A DNA stretch of 63,201 nucleotides, counting the filler, from Candidatus Babelota bacterium (GTDB lineage: Bacteria > JAGOBX01), in assembly GCA_017999075.1 (NCBI GenBank). It is 13 parts of 13 records of this genome, joined end to end, with 100 filler letters (N's around TTAATTAATTAA, not from the genome) between each part and the next. Parts side by side here need not be neighbours in the genome. Positions count along the whole stretch, not along the records: positions 24,135 to 36,056 come from JAGOBX010000062.1; positions 36,157 to 38,800 come from JAGOBX010000569.1; positions 38,901 to 41,542 come from JAGOBX010000570.1; 10 more parts are not named here. One strand, given 5' to 3'. A model generated the notes under the pieces. It searched no databases. It was given only the letters and a program-made list of their open reading frames with translations, and was not told the origin of the DNA. Positions 30,875 to 39,311 of this stretch are shown here, in pieces. Positions within the stretch are counted from its first letter, which is position 1, and each line of letters begins with the position of its first letter. The translations under genes and the position numbers were made by a program.

Positions 30875-33167
30875 ACCGTTTATCTTTTATTTTTGTCAAA
30901 TTATAATGCGCTTCAAGATTAGACGCATCAAGTTCAATTGCTTTTTTATAATTATTTTCCGCCAATTCAAAAAGATTTTTTTCATAATAACAATTAGCGA
31001 TACCGCTAAAATATTTAGAATTAGTCGAGTTTATTTCAATCGCTGACTTAAAATAATTTATAGCTCTGTTATAATCTCCGGTAATATAGTAAGATAATCC
31101 GCAATTATAAAAGCTCACGTCATCCCTATCGTTAAATTTAATTGCATTATTAAAATATTTTATCGCAGTATCAATATCTTTTTTTTCATTCGAAATTTTA
31201 TATTTAAAAAAATTAATATTTCCTAAAGTTTTATTGGATGCATTAAGAATTGTTATATCTTGAGACTGTTTTAAAATTTTTTCAAAAATTCCTGCGGATT
31301 TTTCAAATTCATTTTCCTTATACAAAGAATAAGCCAGCAAATACCAGTCGTCCACAGTATCTGCATTGCGTTTTAAATAATCTTTGGCATTATTGAAGTC
31401 TCCTATAGAAAAATAAAACCTGCCTATTGCTTTTTCATATTTTTTTGTATATGGCATAAGTTTAATCGAATCAATATAATATTTTTCGGCAAGTTTATAA
31501 TCTTTTATATATTGTTCATATATAACAGCAATATTATAATTAAGTTCTGCTATTAAAGGAGCATCAGTTTTATCTGTCAACTTCATAGAATTTTCATAAC
31601 ACATTACAGCTGCAGGATATTCCTTTCTAATAACACTCAAATATCCCAGATAATTATAGGTTTCTTTTAAAATTTCATTCAAAAATGTTTTATCGTCAGG
31701 AATACCTGTCCAGTCAACAAGAGGTATATTGCGAACAGTTACATTTTTTTCTATACTTACAAATGCATTATACGCTATGTCGTAATAATTAAGTTTAGCA
31801 GCACTTCTTCCTATTCCAAAATATGCAGACACGCTTTTATTATCAATTTTCAATCCGCGATAATAATAATATAATGCTTTTTCATATTGTTCTCTGTTAT
31901 AAAATTTATCTCCAAGGCAAGTATAATTTTGAGAATTATTAGGTTCTTCATTAAAAATATATTCAAGAAATATTTGTTCAACTTCACCCATTTCTTTTTT
32001 TAGTAAATAATATATTTCGGCAAGTTCTTTATGTTTAAATAAATTTTCACGAACTTTAACTATATAATTATATGCAGCTGGATAATTTTCATTTTTTTTC
32101 ATTATAACATAATTGTATGATGCTGCTCTGGAAACCAAATCCTGATATATGGGCTGAGAAGGTATAGCGTAATTTATAACTGCATCAAAATATGTTTTTG
32201 AGACAGGATTAGATTTAATATTATCTTTAAAATAAAAATATATATATCCGATATTATAATTCAATTCAAGGTTTTTGGGTAAATATTTTATGCCTTCAGC
32301 ATATATTTTTAAGGCATTATCTACTTCTCTTCTGTCAAGGTAATAATTTCCAAGACCTATGTAAGCTTCTGCAAGCATATTGTTTTTAGCGCGGGCTTTT
32401 TCGAAATAATATCTGCTTTTTTCTGTATTTTTTGAATTATATAAAGAAACTGCAATGTTATAATATACCGCTGCAATTTTTTCATAATTTTCACCAAATA
32501 CCGATATAAAATAATTATAATATTCAATGCTTTTATTATATTTTCCTATATTACAATATATTTCTGCAAGTTTTAAATAAGATTGTTTTGTGTATTCAGT
32601 TTTAATTCCGGCAAATTCTATAACTTTTATGAAATTATCTATTGCCGTATTCCAATTTTTAGAATAATAATTTTCCATTGCAGCCTTAAAATATTTAATC
32701 TGATTACTTATATCTTCGCCTTCTTTTATCACTACAGGTATAGGTATTCCAGCGTCAATAAGATTCATTGCAAAAGTATTTGTATCTGACTCCGAATAAT
32801 TTATTATTTGACGTTCGCCTGAAGTAATGACGGATGAATCTTCTGCTGACGTTTGGTTTTGAAGATTTTGGGTAAAATCAATAGACTCTGACTGAGAACT
32901 TTTTACGGGAACTTCAATTTTTTTTATCTTTGGCGCAAAAATAGAAGGATGTAAAAAATATAATGCTGCACTGAAAATAACAATCATCACTGATGAAGAT
33001 ATTATTTTTGATTTATGAATTTTTAATGTCAATGACGGTCTATAAAACTTGAACTTTATTTTAGAAAAATTTGAAAACGGTTTCAATAATTTTTTCAAAA
33101 TTATGAACTCCTTAATTTTTAAATATTTACTCGCGTAATGCAGTTTTAAAATCTCCGGTTTTATCAA
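30867..33167 (-). CDS. Membrane-anchored multi-TPR protein
   Basis: One TM segment near the N-terminus followed by many TPR motifs; start codon uncertain (overlaps nusB). Confidence 0.75.
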   Translation of the reverse strand: MIKPEILKLHYASKYLKIKEFIILKKLLKPFSNFSKIKFKFYRPSLTLKIHKSKIISSSVMIVIFSAALYFLHPSIFAPKIKKIEVPVKSSQSESIDFTQNLQNQTSAEDSSVITSGERQIINYSESDTNTFAMNLIDAGIPIPVVIKEGEDISNQIKYFKAAMENYYSKNWNTAIDNFIKVIEFAGIKTEYTKQSYLKLAEIYCNIGKYNKSIEYYNYFISVFGENYEKIAAVYYNIAVSLYNSKNTEKSRYYFEKARAKNNMLAEAYIGLGNYYLDRREVDNALKIYAEGIKYLPKNLELNYNIGYIYFYFKDNIKSNPVSKTYFDAVINYAIPSQPIYQDLVSRAASYNYVIMKKNENYPAAYNYIVKVRENLFKHKELAEIYYLLKKEMGEVEQIFLEYIFNEEPNNSQNYTCLGDKFYNREQYEKALYYYYRGLKIDNKSVSAYFGIGRSAAKLNYYDIAYNAFVSIEKNVTVRNIPLVDWTGIPDDKTFLNEILKETYNYLGYLSVIRKEYPAAVMCYENSMKLTDKTDAPLIAELNYNIAVIYEQYIKDYKLAEKYYIDSIKLMPYTKKYEKAIGRFYFSIGDFNNAKDYLKRNADTVDDWYLLAYSLYKENEFEKSAGIFEKILKQSQDITILNASNKTLGNINFFKYKISNEKKDIDTAIKYFNNAIKFNDRDDVSFYNCGLSYYITGDYNRAINYFKSAIEINSTNSKYFSGIANCYYEKNLFELAENNYKKAIELDASNLEAHYNLTKIKDKRYE

Positions 33168-33552
33168 ACCTATCCAAAATTCCGTTTATAAATTTATACG
33201 CTTCAGCATCAGAATAATTTTTTGTCAATTTTATTATTTCGCTTATAGTAATATTTTTTTCTATTCCGTCAATTTTTACAATTTCAAACAATCCCATTCT
33301 AAGGAGAGTTTTATCTATCAAAGAAATACGTGATAATTTCCAGTTTATCAAAGTTACTTCTATTAATTTATCAATTGAATCAACATTTTCGATAACGCCT
33401 GATATCAACAGTTTTGAAAATTCATTTATTTCAGGATCAGTAATTTCAAATTCTGAAAAAACATATTTCGTCGACTCAGTTGTATATGTTTCAAAATCAA
33501 ACTGATATAAAATCTGTAACGCTAATTCCCGAGCTTTGCTCCGTTTTTGCAT
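33127..33552 (-). CDS. nusB: Transcription antitermination factor NusB
   Basis: RSKARELALQILYQ, WKLSRISLIDKTLLRMG and FINGILD. Confidence 0.95.
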   Translation of the reverse strand: MQKRSKARELALQILYQFDFETYTTESTKYVFSEFEITDPEINEFSKLLISGVIENVDSIDKLIEVTLINWKLSRISLIDKTLLRMGLFEIVKIDGIEKNITISEIIKLTKNYSDAEAYKFINGILDRFDKTGDFKTALRE

Positions 33553-33583
33553 ATTTTAGTTAAAAAAAATTATATTTAAAATA

Positions 33584-34066
33584 TTATTTTATCAATTTAA
33601 ATAAATTCGCCTGTTCTATCGCAGTAACAGCAGCATCAAATCCTTTATTACCGGTTTTTACTCCTGCCCTGTCAATTGCCTGATCAACAGTATCAACTGT
33701 AATTATTCCGTAAATAACTGGTTTTTGAGTTTCAAGACCTATCATTGCAACACCTTTTGAAACTTCGCCGGCAACATAATCAAAGTGAGGAGTTTCTCCT
33801 CTTATTACTGCTCCTAAACAAATAACCGCATCAAATTTTTCTTTAGACAAAGCTACAATTTTTGCCGTAGCAGGTATTTCAAATGCCCCTGCAGTCCAAT
33901 AAACTATAATATCTTTTTCGTTTACACCATGTCTTACAAGACCGTCTATACATCCACCCAGAAGTTTTGATGTTATAAACTCATTGAATCTTGATATAAC
34001 TATTCCAATTTTAAGATCTTTGCCTATAAAGTTTCCTTCAATTTTTTTTATATTATTTGTTTCCAT
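33584..34066 (-). CDS. ribH: 6,7-dimethyl-8-ribityllumazine synthase
   Basis: [28 protein letters not shown] and GNKGFDAA; adjacent to nusB. Confidence 0.97.
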   Translation of the reverse strand: METNNIKKIEGNFIGKDLKIGIVISRFNEFITSKLLGGCIDGLVRHGVNEKDIIVYWTAGAFEIPATAKIVALSKEKFDAVICLGAVIRGETPHFDYVAGEVSKGVAMIGLETQKPVIYGIITVDTVDQAIDRAGVKTGNKGFDAAVTAIEQANLFKLIK

Positions 34067-34180
34067 TGTTTATCCGTCCATTTAATTTATAACTGTATAT
34101 TAAAATTTTTACTATTATAATTTTGTTGAATAAAAAAAACAAATATTTTTGAAAATTTTATTTTTTTATATATAATATTA

Positions 34181-35257
34181 TTAAATATCATTAACAATTT
34201 TAAAAACAGTATTTTTTAATATTAGTTCTAAAATCAATAAAACAGCGGCAATCAAAAGAAACCATTGAAAATATTCTTTATATTCAACATTTTTTTTTAG
34301 TTTTATATCTGTCTTTTCCAATTTGTCTATTTCATAAAAAGATTGTTTTAATGTTTCTGGTTCTGAAGCTTTATAAAATTTTCCGTCTGAAGCAATAGAA
34401 ATGTTGCGAAGTAATTCTTCATCAACAGGAATTACAGGAAGGGTTCCGTTAGAATTATAAAAATAGCGCTTACCTCTATTTTTATAAAATATAGGAAACA
34501 TAACTCCTTTGTTGGACAATCCGATTAAAATTGAATAAATTTTTATATTATATTTTTTTAACGCTGCTGCCATTGTCGCAGGATCAAAATAATCTCCTTC
34601 CTGCTTTCCGTCTGTAACAAGTATTACAACTTTACTTTTAGCTGCGCTGTTTTTCAAATAATAGCCTGCCATTCCAAGCGCCGAAGAAATATATGTTCCA
34701 TTATGAAAACTTAAAGGAGATTTTATTTCATCGTCAGCTTCTTTTTTCCATTCGTAACTAAAATTTATTTGTTTAACGGAATTGCCTGCAATATTGTAAT
34801 CCTGCGTCAATGGACATCTGAGGCGCGCTCCTGCTGCAAATTCTATAATTCCTATTCTGTCTGATTTTCTGTTTTGAATAAAATTTACCGCTGTTTCTTT
34901 TGCAGAATCCAACCTGTTTCCAGGCTTAAAATCTTCTGCCTGCATGCTTGAACTTGAATCTATAAGTATCATTATATCTATCGCAGAAATATTTTTTTCA
35001 ATATATTCTTTTCCTGATCTTGGGCCCGCAGCAGCTATTATTAAAAGTGATACTACAGTTATTCTCAATGTTAAAAAAACAGGCAGCCGCAATTTGGTTT
35101 TCCAGTTACCTGAAAATTGTTTTATAAAAAATATGCTTGAATAATTTATAGAAGGAATATTATCGGAAAATATTTTTTTTCTATAAAAAAATAAAACCGC
35201 AAAAACGATTGGAATTAAATATAAATAATAACCGGATTCAAATTCGGATATATTCAT
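34181..35257 (-). CDS. BatA-like VWA domain membrane protein
   Basis: N-terminal TMs, AAAGPR, MIDAS motif DSSSSM, DRIGII, PLTQD, LVTDG and a C-terminal TM. Confidence 0.85.
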   Translation of the reverse strand: MNISEFESGYYLYLIPIVFAVLFFYRKKIFSDNIPSINYSSIFFIKQFSGNWKTKLRLPVFLTLRITVVSLLIIAAAGPRSGKEYIEKNISAIDIMILIDSSSSMQAEDFKPGNRLDSAKETAVNFIQNRKSDRIGIIEFAAGARLRCPLTQDYNIAGNSVKQINFSYEWKKEADDEIKSPLSFHNGTYISSALGMAGYYLKNSAAKSKVVILVTDGKQEGDYFDPATMAAALKKYNIKIYSILIGLSNKGVMFPIFYKNRGKRYFYNSNGTLPVIPVDEELLRNISIASDGKFYKASEPETLKQSFYEIDKLEKTDIKLKKNVEYKEYFQWFLLIAAVLLILELILKNTVFKIVNDI

Positions 35258-35788
35258 TTAAATTGAATTGTTTTTTCCTTGCTTGTTCCTGAGTTTATGA
35301 TCTTTAAGTGTTAATTCAACTGCTATTTCATCGCAATCAGGAAATTTCGGACATTTGATGCAGTCTGTCCATACTTTTTTAGGTAAATCATCTTTACTTA
35401 TTATTTTAAACCCTATTTTTTTGAAAAAATCAGGTTTATAAGTTAATGCAAAAATTTTAAATATACCAAGGGATACTGCTTCTTCAATAAGGTTGTTAAC
35501 CACTATTCTTCCAATTCCGTGTTTTTGATAATCCTTGTTAATAGCCAGACTGCGGACTTCTGCAATATCAAGCCATGCAATATGTAAAGCGCCGCACGCT
35601 ATTATTTTATTTTTTTCTTCAATAACAATAAAATCCCTTATATTTTCAATTAAATCGTTAAGAGAGCGCGGAAGCATTTCATTGTTTTTAGCAAAGGGGT
35701 TTATTAAAGATTGTATTGATTTTATATCATTTATAACAGCTTTGCGTATAGTCAATTTTTTTGAATTATATCCGTTTTTTTTTAACAA
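35258..35788 (-). CDS. GNAT N-acetyltransferase (short ArgA-like N-acetylglutamate synthase)
   Basis: MLPRSL, AEVRSLA, FALTYKPDFF and LPKKVWTDCIKCPKFPDCDEIA. Confidence 0.85.
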   Translation of the reverse strand: MLKKNGYNSKKLTIRKAVINDIKSIQSLINPFAKNNEMLPRSLNDLIENIRDFIVIEEKNKIIACGALHIAWLDIAEVRSLAINKDYQKHGIGRIVVNNLIEEAVSLGIFKIFALTYKPDFFKKIGFKIISKDDLPKKVWTDCIKCPKFPDCDEIAVELTLKDHKLRNKQGKNNSI

Positions 35789-35803
35789 TTTTTTCTCCAG
35801 ATT

Positions 35804-36056
35804 TTAATTTAATTTTGAATAGAATTCTTTCAATTCTTCTACAAACTTATATTGAAGTTTAACTTTACCCATATAAACTTCTTCTTTTGCCGCTCCATGA
35901 CAATCTGTTCCGCCTGTTACAACAAGTTTATACTTTTCAGCAAGTTTCAAATAAAATGAAATATCATTTGGAGTATGCCCGGTATAAAATACTTCTATGC
36001 CCTGGATCCCATCCTGTTTAAGAATTTCTTCCCCTGCTATATCATCATGCATAGAC
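35804..36056 (-). CDS. PHP domain protein (YciV/TrpH-like), C-terminal fragment
   Basis: GIQGIEVFYTGH and TGGTDCHG; truncated by the contig end. Confidence 0.8.
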
Positions 36057-36156
36057 NNNNNNNNNNNNNNNNNNNNNNNNNNNNNNNNNNNNNNNNNNNN
36101 TTAATTAATTAANNNNNNNNNNNNNNNNNNNNNNNNNNNNNNNNNNNNNNNNNNNN
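36057..36156. other. Artificial contig spacer
   Basis: N44-TTAATTAATTAA-N44. Confidence 0.98.
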
Positions 36157-36230
36157 GTATAGCGAAACCCTGTTATGCGGAAATCAGCCTTTCAGCTGTT
36201 TCTTAAGGAGCTTTGCTCGCTATACCGCAT
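36157..36230. repeat. Inverted repeat / partial attC-like site
   Basis: GTATAGCGA (36157) and TCGCTATAC (36217-36225) are inverted; contains a core-like GTTATGC at 36172-36178 (GCATAAC on the minus strand). Confidence 0.4.
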
Positions 36231-36358
36231 TTTTTTAATTTAAAAAGTCTTTACAAAACAATGCCACACTTCAAAATTATTCAGGTATTGTTATAATTTT
36301 TAATTTTTCAAATAACGCTTTTTTATTATCCACTAATTTACGAAAGTAAATTATTTTT

Positions 36359-36387
36359 TTGTTTTGTATAATCTAATAATATATAAT
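36359..36387 (+). promoter_or_regulatory. Candidate cassette (Pc-like) promoter
   Basis: TTGTTT-17 nt-TATAAT about 33 nt upstream of the first cassette junction. The region is AT-rich, so a chance match is possible. Confidence 0.35.
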
Positions 36388-36419
36388 TTTTGTTATTTTA
36401 GAGAGTAGTATAAAAAAAC

Positions 36420-37864
36420 GATAGACGACAGATTTTTTTAGGAGGAAATCGAAATGAAAAAAATGGAAATTTTAGTGATACTGTTTTTTATATTCTTAAT
36501 ATATTTTAATTCAAAAAATTCGGCTATATCAGAAACAATTCAAAATAAAGATAATAACACAATTAAATTGTCAGATAAGCAATTTACATTTGAAGCAGAT
36601 AATTATATCCAACCAAATTGTAATGTTTTTTTTTCAGATGACATAAATGGTGCACAAAAGTTAAATATATTATTCGATTCACCAGATAAAGATTCAGTAA
36701 ATGATAAAGAACTATTAGACACAGTAAGATGCGGATTAAAGAAAACCAAACATAATAAGAACTCCATTTTACGTTGGTTAGGGAATAAATATATTTGGGG
36801 TAAATCACCACAGAATAAATATGCAATTGAGATAATGTATCATGCAAGTTCATCTGACGAGCGAGAAATACGTGGCGCAGCAATATATTTTGGGTTATCC
36901 GTGACGGAAAATAAAACAGAAAATATATTTAAAGCGTTAGTTGATTCATGTATGAAAAGTAAAGACTGGAACGATGTTGGCCGAGCTATTTGGGGTTGCA
37001 GGCAAGATAAGAATAAATTATTACCATATTTAGAACCATATATAAAAAGCAACGATGATGAAATCAAGCAAGTGGCGATAGCTTTTAAAAATGAAATTAT
37101 TGGAACTGAAGAATTCAGAGTTTGGCAAGCAAGGAAAATTAAAAATGACGCGGCAATAAAATATAAAGAAATATTGCCAAAATTAAAAGCTGATTTTATT
37201 AAAGGCGATTTCCATAAACAAAAAATTGTCCTCGAATATTTCGGGAAAAATCAAGACATATTAACACAAATGGATGATTCTTTTTTAGAAGGTTGGGGAA
37301 GGTGTGTTAATCATCCAGATGTGGCAGTGCGTCGGGAAACAGCAAGAATTGTTGGAAGTTTTTGGATTTGGCATGCAAAAGAACAATCGCCAAAAGCAAT
37401 TGATATAATTTATGAATTATCAAATGATACTGACGTTGATGTTGTTGGAAATGCAGTATATAATGGGTTATCAACTATAAGAGATAAAAACGATAAAATT
37501 GTAAATCAACTTTTAAATATTGCAAAACGATATTATAATAATGAAAAATATAATAATGGACGTTTCTTTAATAATAATTATAAAAGATGTTTTTTGGGGT
37601 TGAAAAATAAAAAATACGAATGTTCTATATTGCTTGAAAAAGAAATTGAGCAAAATCATACTGACCCTAAAATATGGTATCCAGCTTATGGAGTGTATAA
37701 AGATTTTATAGGTGGGGAACCATCAAATTTGACTAAAGAACAAAAATTATATGTTGAAAATAAAAATAAATAAAAATCCGTCGTCTATCTTCATCCTGTC
37801 CCTCGTGCCTTTGGCACGGCGGCTTTGCCGTCATCCGCTCTGCGAGCGGACGAGGACAGGACGT
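36420..37864 (+). mobile_element. Integron-like gene cassette 1 (HEAT-repeat gene)
   Basis: Left end GATAGACGACAGATTTTT (36420-36437) is 17/18 complementary to AAAAATCCGTCGTCTATC (37772-37789) right after the stop codon, followed by an attC-like hairpin. Confidence 0.75.
36454..37773 (+). CDS. Exported HEAT-repeat protein of unknown function
   Basis: AGGAGG SD; signal peptide; duplicated module (LGNKYIWGKSPQNKYAIEIMY...GAAIYFGLS and VGSFWIWHAKEQSPKAIDIIY...GNAVYNGLS). Confidence 0.7.
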   Translation: MKKMEILVILFFIFLIYFNSKNSAISETIQNKDNNTIKLSDKQFTFEADNYIQPNCNVFFSDDINGAQKLNILFDSPDKDSVNDKELLDTVRCGLKKTKHNKNSILRWLGNKYIWGKSPQNKYAIEIMYHASSSDEREIRGAAIYFGLSVTENKTENIFKALVDSCMKSKDWNDVGRAIWGCRQDKNKLLPYLEPYIKSNDDEIKQVAIAFKNEIIGTEEFRVWQARKIKNDAAIKYKEILPKLKADFIKGDFHKQKIVLEYFGKNQDILTQMDDSFLEGWGRCVNHPDVAVRRETARIVGSFWIWHAKEQSPKAIDIIYELSNDTDVDVVGNAVYNGLSTIRDKNDKIVNQLLNIAKRYYNNEKYNNGRFFNNNYKRCFLGLKNKKYECSILLEKEIEQNHTDPKIWYPAYGVYKDFIGGEPSNLTKEQKLYVENKNK

Positions 37865-37871
37865 GTTACAC
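37783..37871 (+). repeat. attC-like recombination site
   Basis: GTCTATC-TTCAT-CCTGTCC-[C]-TCG...CGA-GGACAGG-ACGT-GTTACAC, 89 bp, with three internal mini-hairpins; a near-identical copy lies at 52797. Confidence 0.75.
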
Positions 37872-37907
37872 GCCATTTCGCAAAAAAAATGAAATACAAG
37901 ATAATTG

Positions 37908-37936
37908 TTGACAAAAAGCACACAATGTGGTAGTCT
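37908..37936 (+). promoter_or_regulatory. TA operon promoter with palindromic operator
   Basis: TTGACA-17 nt-TAGTCT; CACA-A-TGTG palindrome (37921-37929) in the spacer; ATG 6 nt after the -10 box. Confidence 0.6.
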
Positions 37937-37942
37937 TACTAT

Positions 37943-38227
37943 ATGAAATTGATATTATGGAATTCAGATAAAAATAAAAAATTAAAAGTTGAGCGTGGAA
38001 TTTGTTTTGAAGATATATTATATTACACTGAAAATGAACTAATAATAGACATCATACAAAATCCGAATATAGATAAATATAATAGGCAGAAAATTTATTT
38101 GATAAACATTAATAATTATGTTTATTTAGTGCCATTTGTCGAAGAAGCCGAATATGTATTTTTAAAAACAATAATTCCAAGCAGAAAATACACTAAATTA
38201 TATTTAGGAGTGGATACAGATGAATAA
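37943..38227 (+). CDS. BrnT-like (DUF497/DUF4258-type) toxin
   Basis: WNSDKNKKLKVERGICFEDI...YVYLVPFVE...FLKTIIPSRK. Confidence 0.8.
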   Translation: MKLILWNSDKNKKLKVERGICFEDILYYTENELIIDIIQNPNIDKYNRQKIYLININNYVYLVPFVEEAEYVFLKTIIPSRKYTKLYLGVDTDE

Positions 38228-38507
38228 TAGAAAAATAAAATTAGATAAGGAAGAACAAGATATTTTAGAAAGCGTTGAAAATGGTGAATGGATTTCAATT
38301 CCAAATGTTAAAACAAAAATAAAAAAATATGCTGATTATGCGCGAAACACACTAAAAAAAGATAAGCGTTTAAATATCAGAATGTCAGGTGTTGACTTAG
38401 AAATGATACAAAGAAAAGCAATTGAAGAGGGAATTCCATATCAAACACTTATATCAAGTTTAATTCATAAATATGTTTCAGGACGACTTGTTGAAAGTCG
38501 AGTATGA
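38220..38507 (+). CDS. Cognate antitoxin with C-terminal RHH/CopG-like domain
   Basis: LDKEEQDILESVENGEW...KKDKRLNIRMS...KAIEEGIPYQTLISSLIHKYV; overlaps the toxin stop. Confidence 0.8.
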   Translation: MNNRKIKLDKEEQDILESVENGEWISIPNVKTKIKKYADYARNTLKKDKRLNIRMSGVDLEMIQRKAIEEGIPYQTLISSLIHKYVSGRLVESRV

Positions 38508-38523
38508 AACAAGATGCGAAACC

Positions 38524-38603
38524 GGCGTGTAAACTTTTAAGGCGTAAACGCTGTTGCGGTCAAAAAGAAAAACAGTATGATATAAGCAACTGCGTTTTAC
38601 GCC
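38524..38603 (+). repeat. Degenerate attC-like hairpin
   Basis: GGCGTGTAAAC, then GGCGTAAACGCTGTTGC...GCAACTGCGTTTTACGCC inverted arms; no GTT core downstream. Confidence 0.5.
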
Positions 38604-38800
38604 AAGATGAACGAAGCCGCGTCTGAACCCTAAAATATTATTAGTGGAATTTGAATCGTTTCTGATAAAGTGGGATAAAAAAAATCTGAAGATAAAATCA
38701 CAAATTTATAGACTGGATAGCAGAAAATCAGATAAATTATTCTTGAGAAAGATTATAATATAATTGCACAGAGGAATTGCCGTAAGAAAACAAACTGTTA

Positions 38801-38900
38801 NNNNNNNNNNNNNNNNNNNNNNNNNNNNNNNNNNNNNNNNNNNNTTAATTAATTAANNNNNNNNNNNNNNNNNNNNNNNNNNNNNNNNNNNNNNNNNNNN
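38801..38900. other. Artificial contig spacer
   Basis: N44-TTAATTAATTAA-N44. Confidence 0.98.
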
Positions 38901-39143
38901 CTTTTTTTCAATTATTTTCAAATTTTTTCTAAATTGAACGAAATAACGCTTTAGTATGTCATATACGCCCTGCCGAGAAATATTGAGTTTTATGGCGATG
39001 TATTTTATTTTAACATTAGCAAAATAAAGTATAATAACGCCTTTATGTTTTTGCTTTATGTTCGCAAACCAATTCAAAAAATACGTATTTAATTCTTTTT
39101 TCAAAATTATTGTTTCAGGAGTTTCCAATTCTATTAGTGTCAT
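38901..39143 (-). CDS. Sigma70 region-4-like HTH protein (phage-type), 3' truncated
   Basis: KHKGVIILYFANVKIKYIAIKLNISRQGVYDILKR helix-turn-helix. Confidence 0.55.
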
Positions 39144-39158
39144 TATTATAATTCCTTG

Positions 39159-39287
39159 TCAAACATTATTCTTTAACTCTCTAATCTGCCTAATAGCAAG
39201 CCGCGCGACCTTAAATAAGCGATGTTTCCGGCACAGGCGATATATACGCCGCATTTCAACTAATTGTCTTAAAATTGCGTATCTCAC
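39159..39287 (-). CDS. Small Arg-rich hypothetical protein (42 aa)
   Basis: GTG start after AAGGAG; MRYAILRQLVEMRRIYRLCRKHRLFKVARLAIRQIRELKNNV; fills the gap between co-oriented genes. Confidence 0.4.
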   Translation of the reverse strand: MRYAILRQLVEMRRIYRLCRKHRLFKVARLAIRQIRELKNNV

Positions 39288-39311
39288 GCTTTAAAAATTC
39301 TCCTTAAATTT

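Larger units (their letters stand above)
37865..38603 (+). mobile_element. Integron-like gene cassette 2 (toxin-antitoxin)
   Basis: Left end GTTACACGCCATTTCGCA (37865-37882) is complementary to TGCGAAACCGGCGTGTAAAC (38515-38534) after the antitoxin stop, followed by a hairpin. Confidence 0.7.

Noticed and set aside
37733-37933. ORFs 37733-37921(-) and 37751-37933(+)
   Set aside because: They merely read through the GC-rich attC-like hairpin and have no protein-like features.
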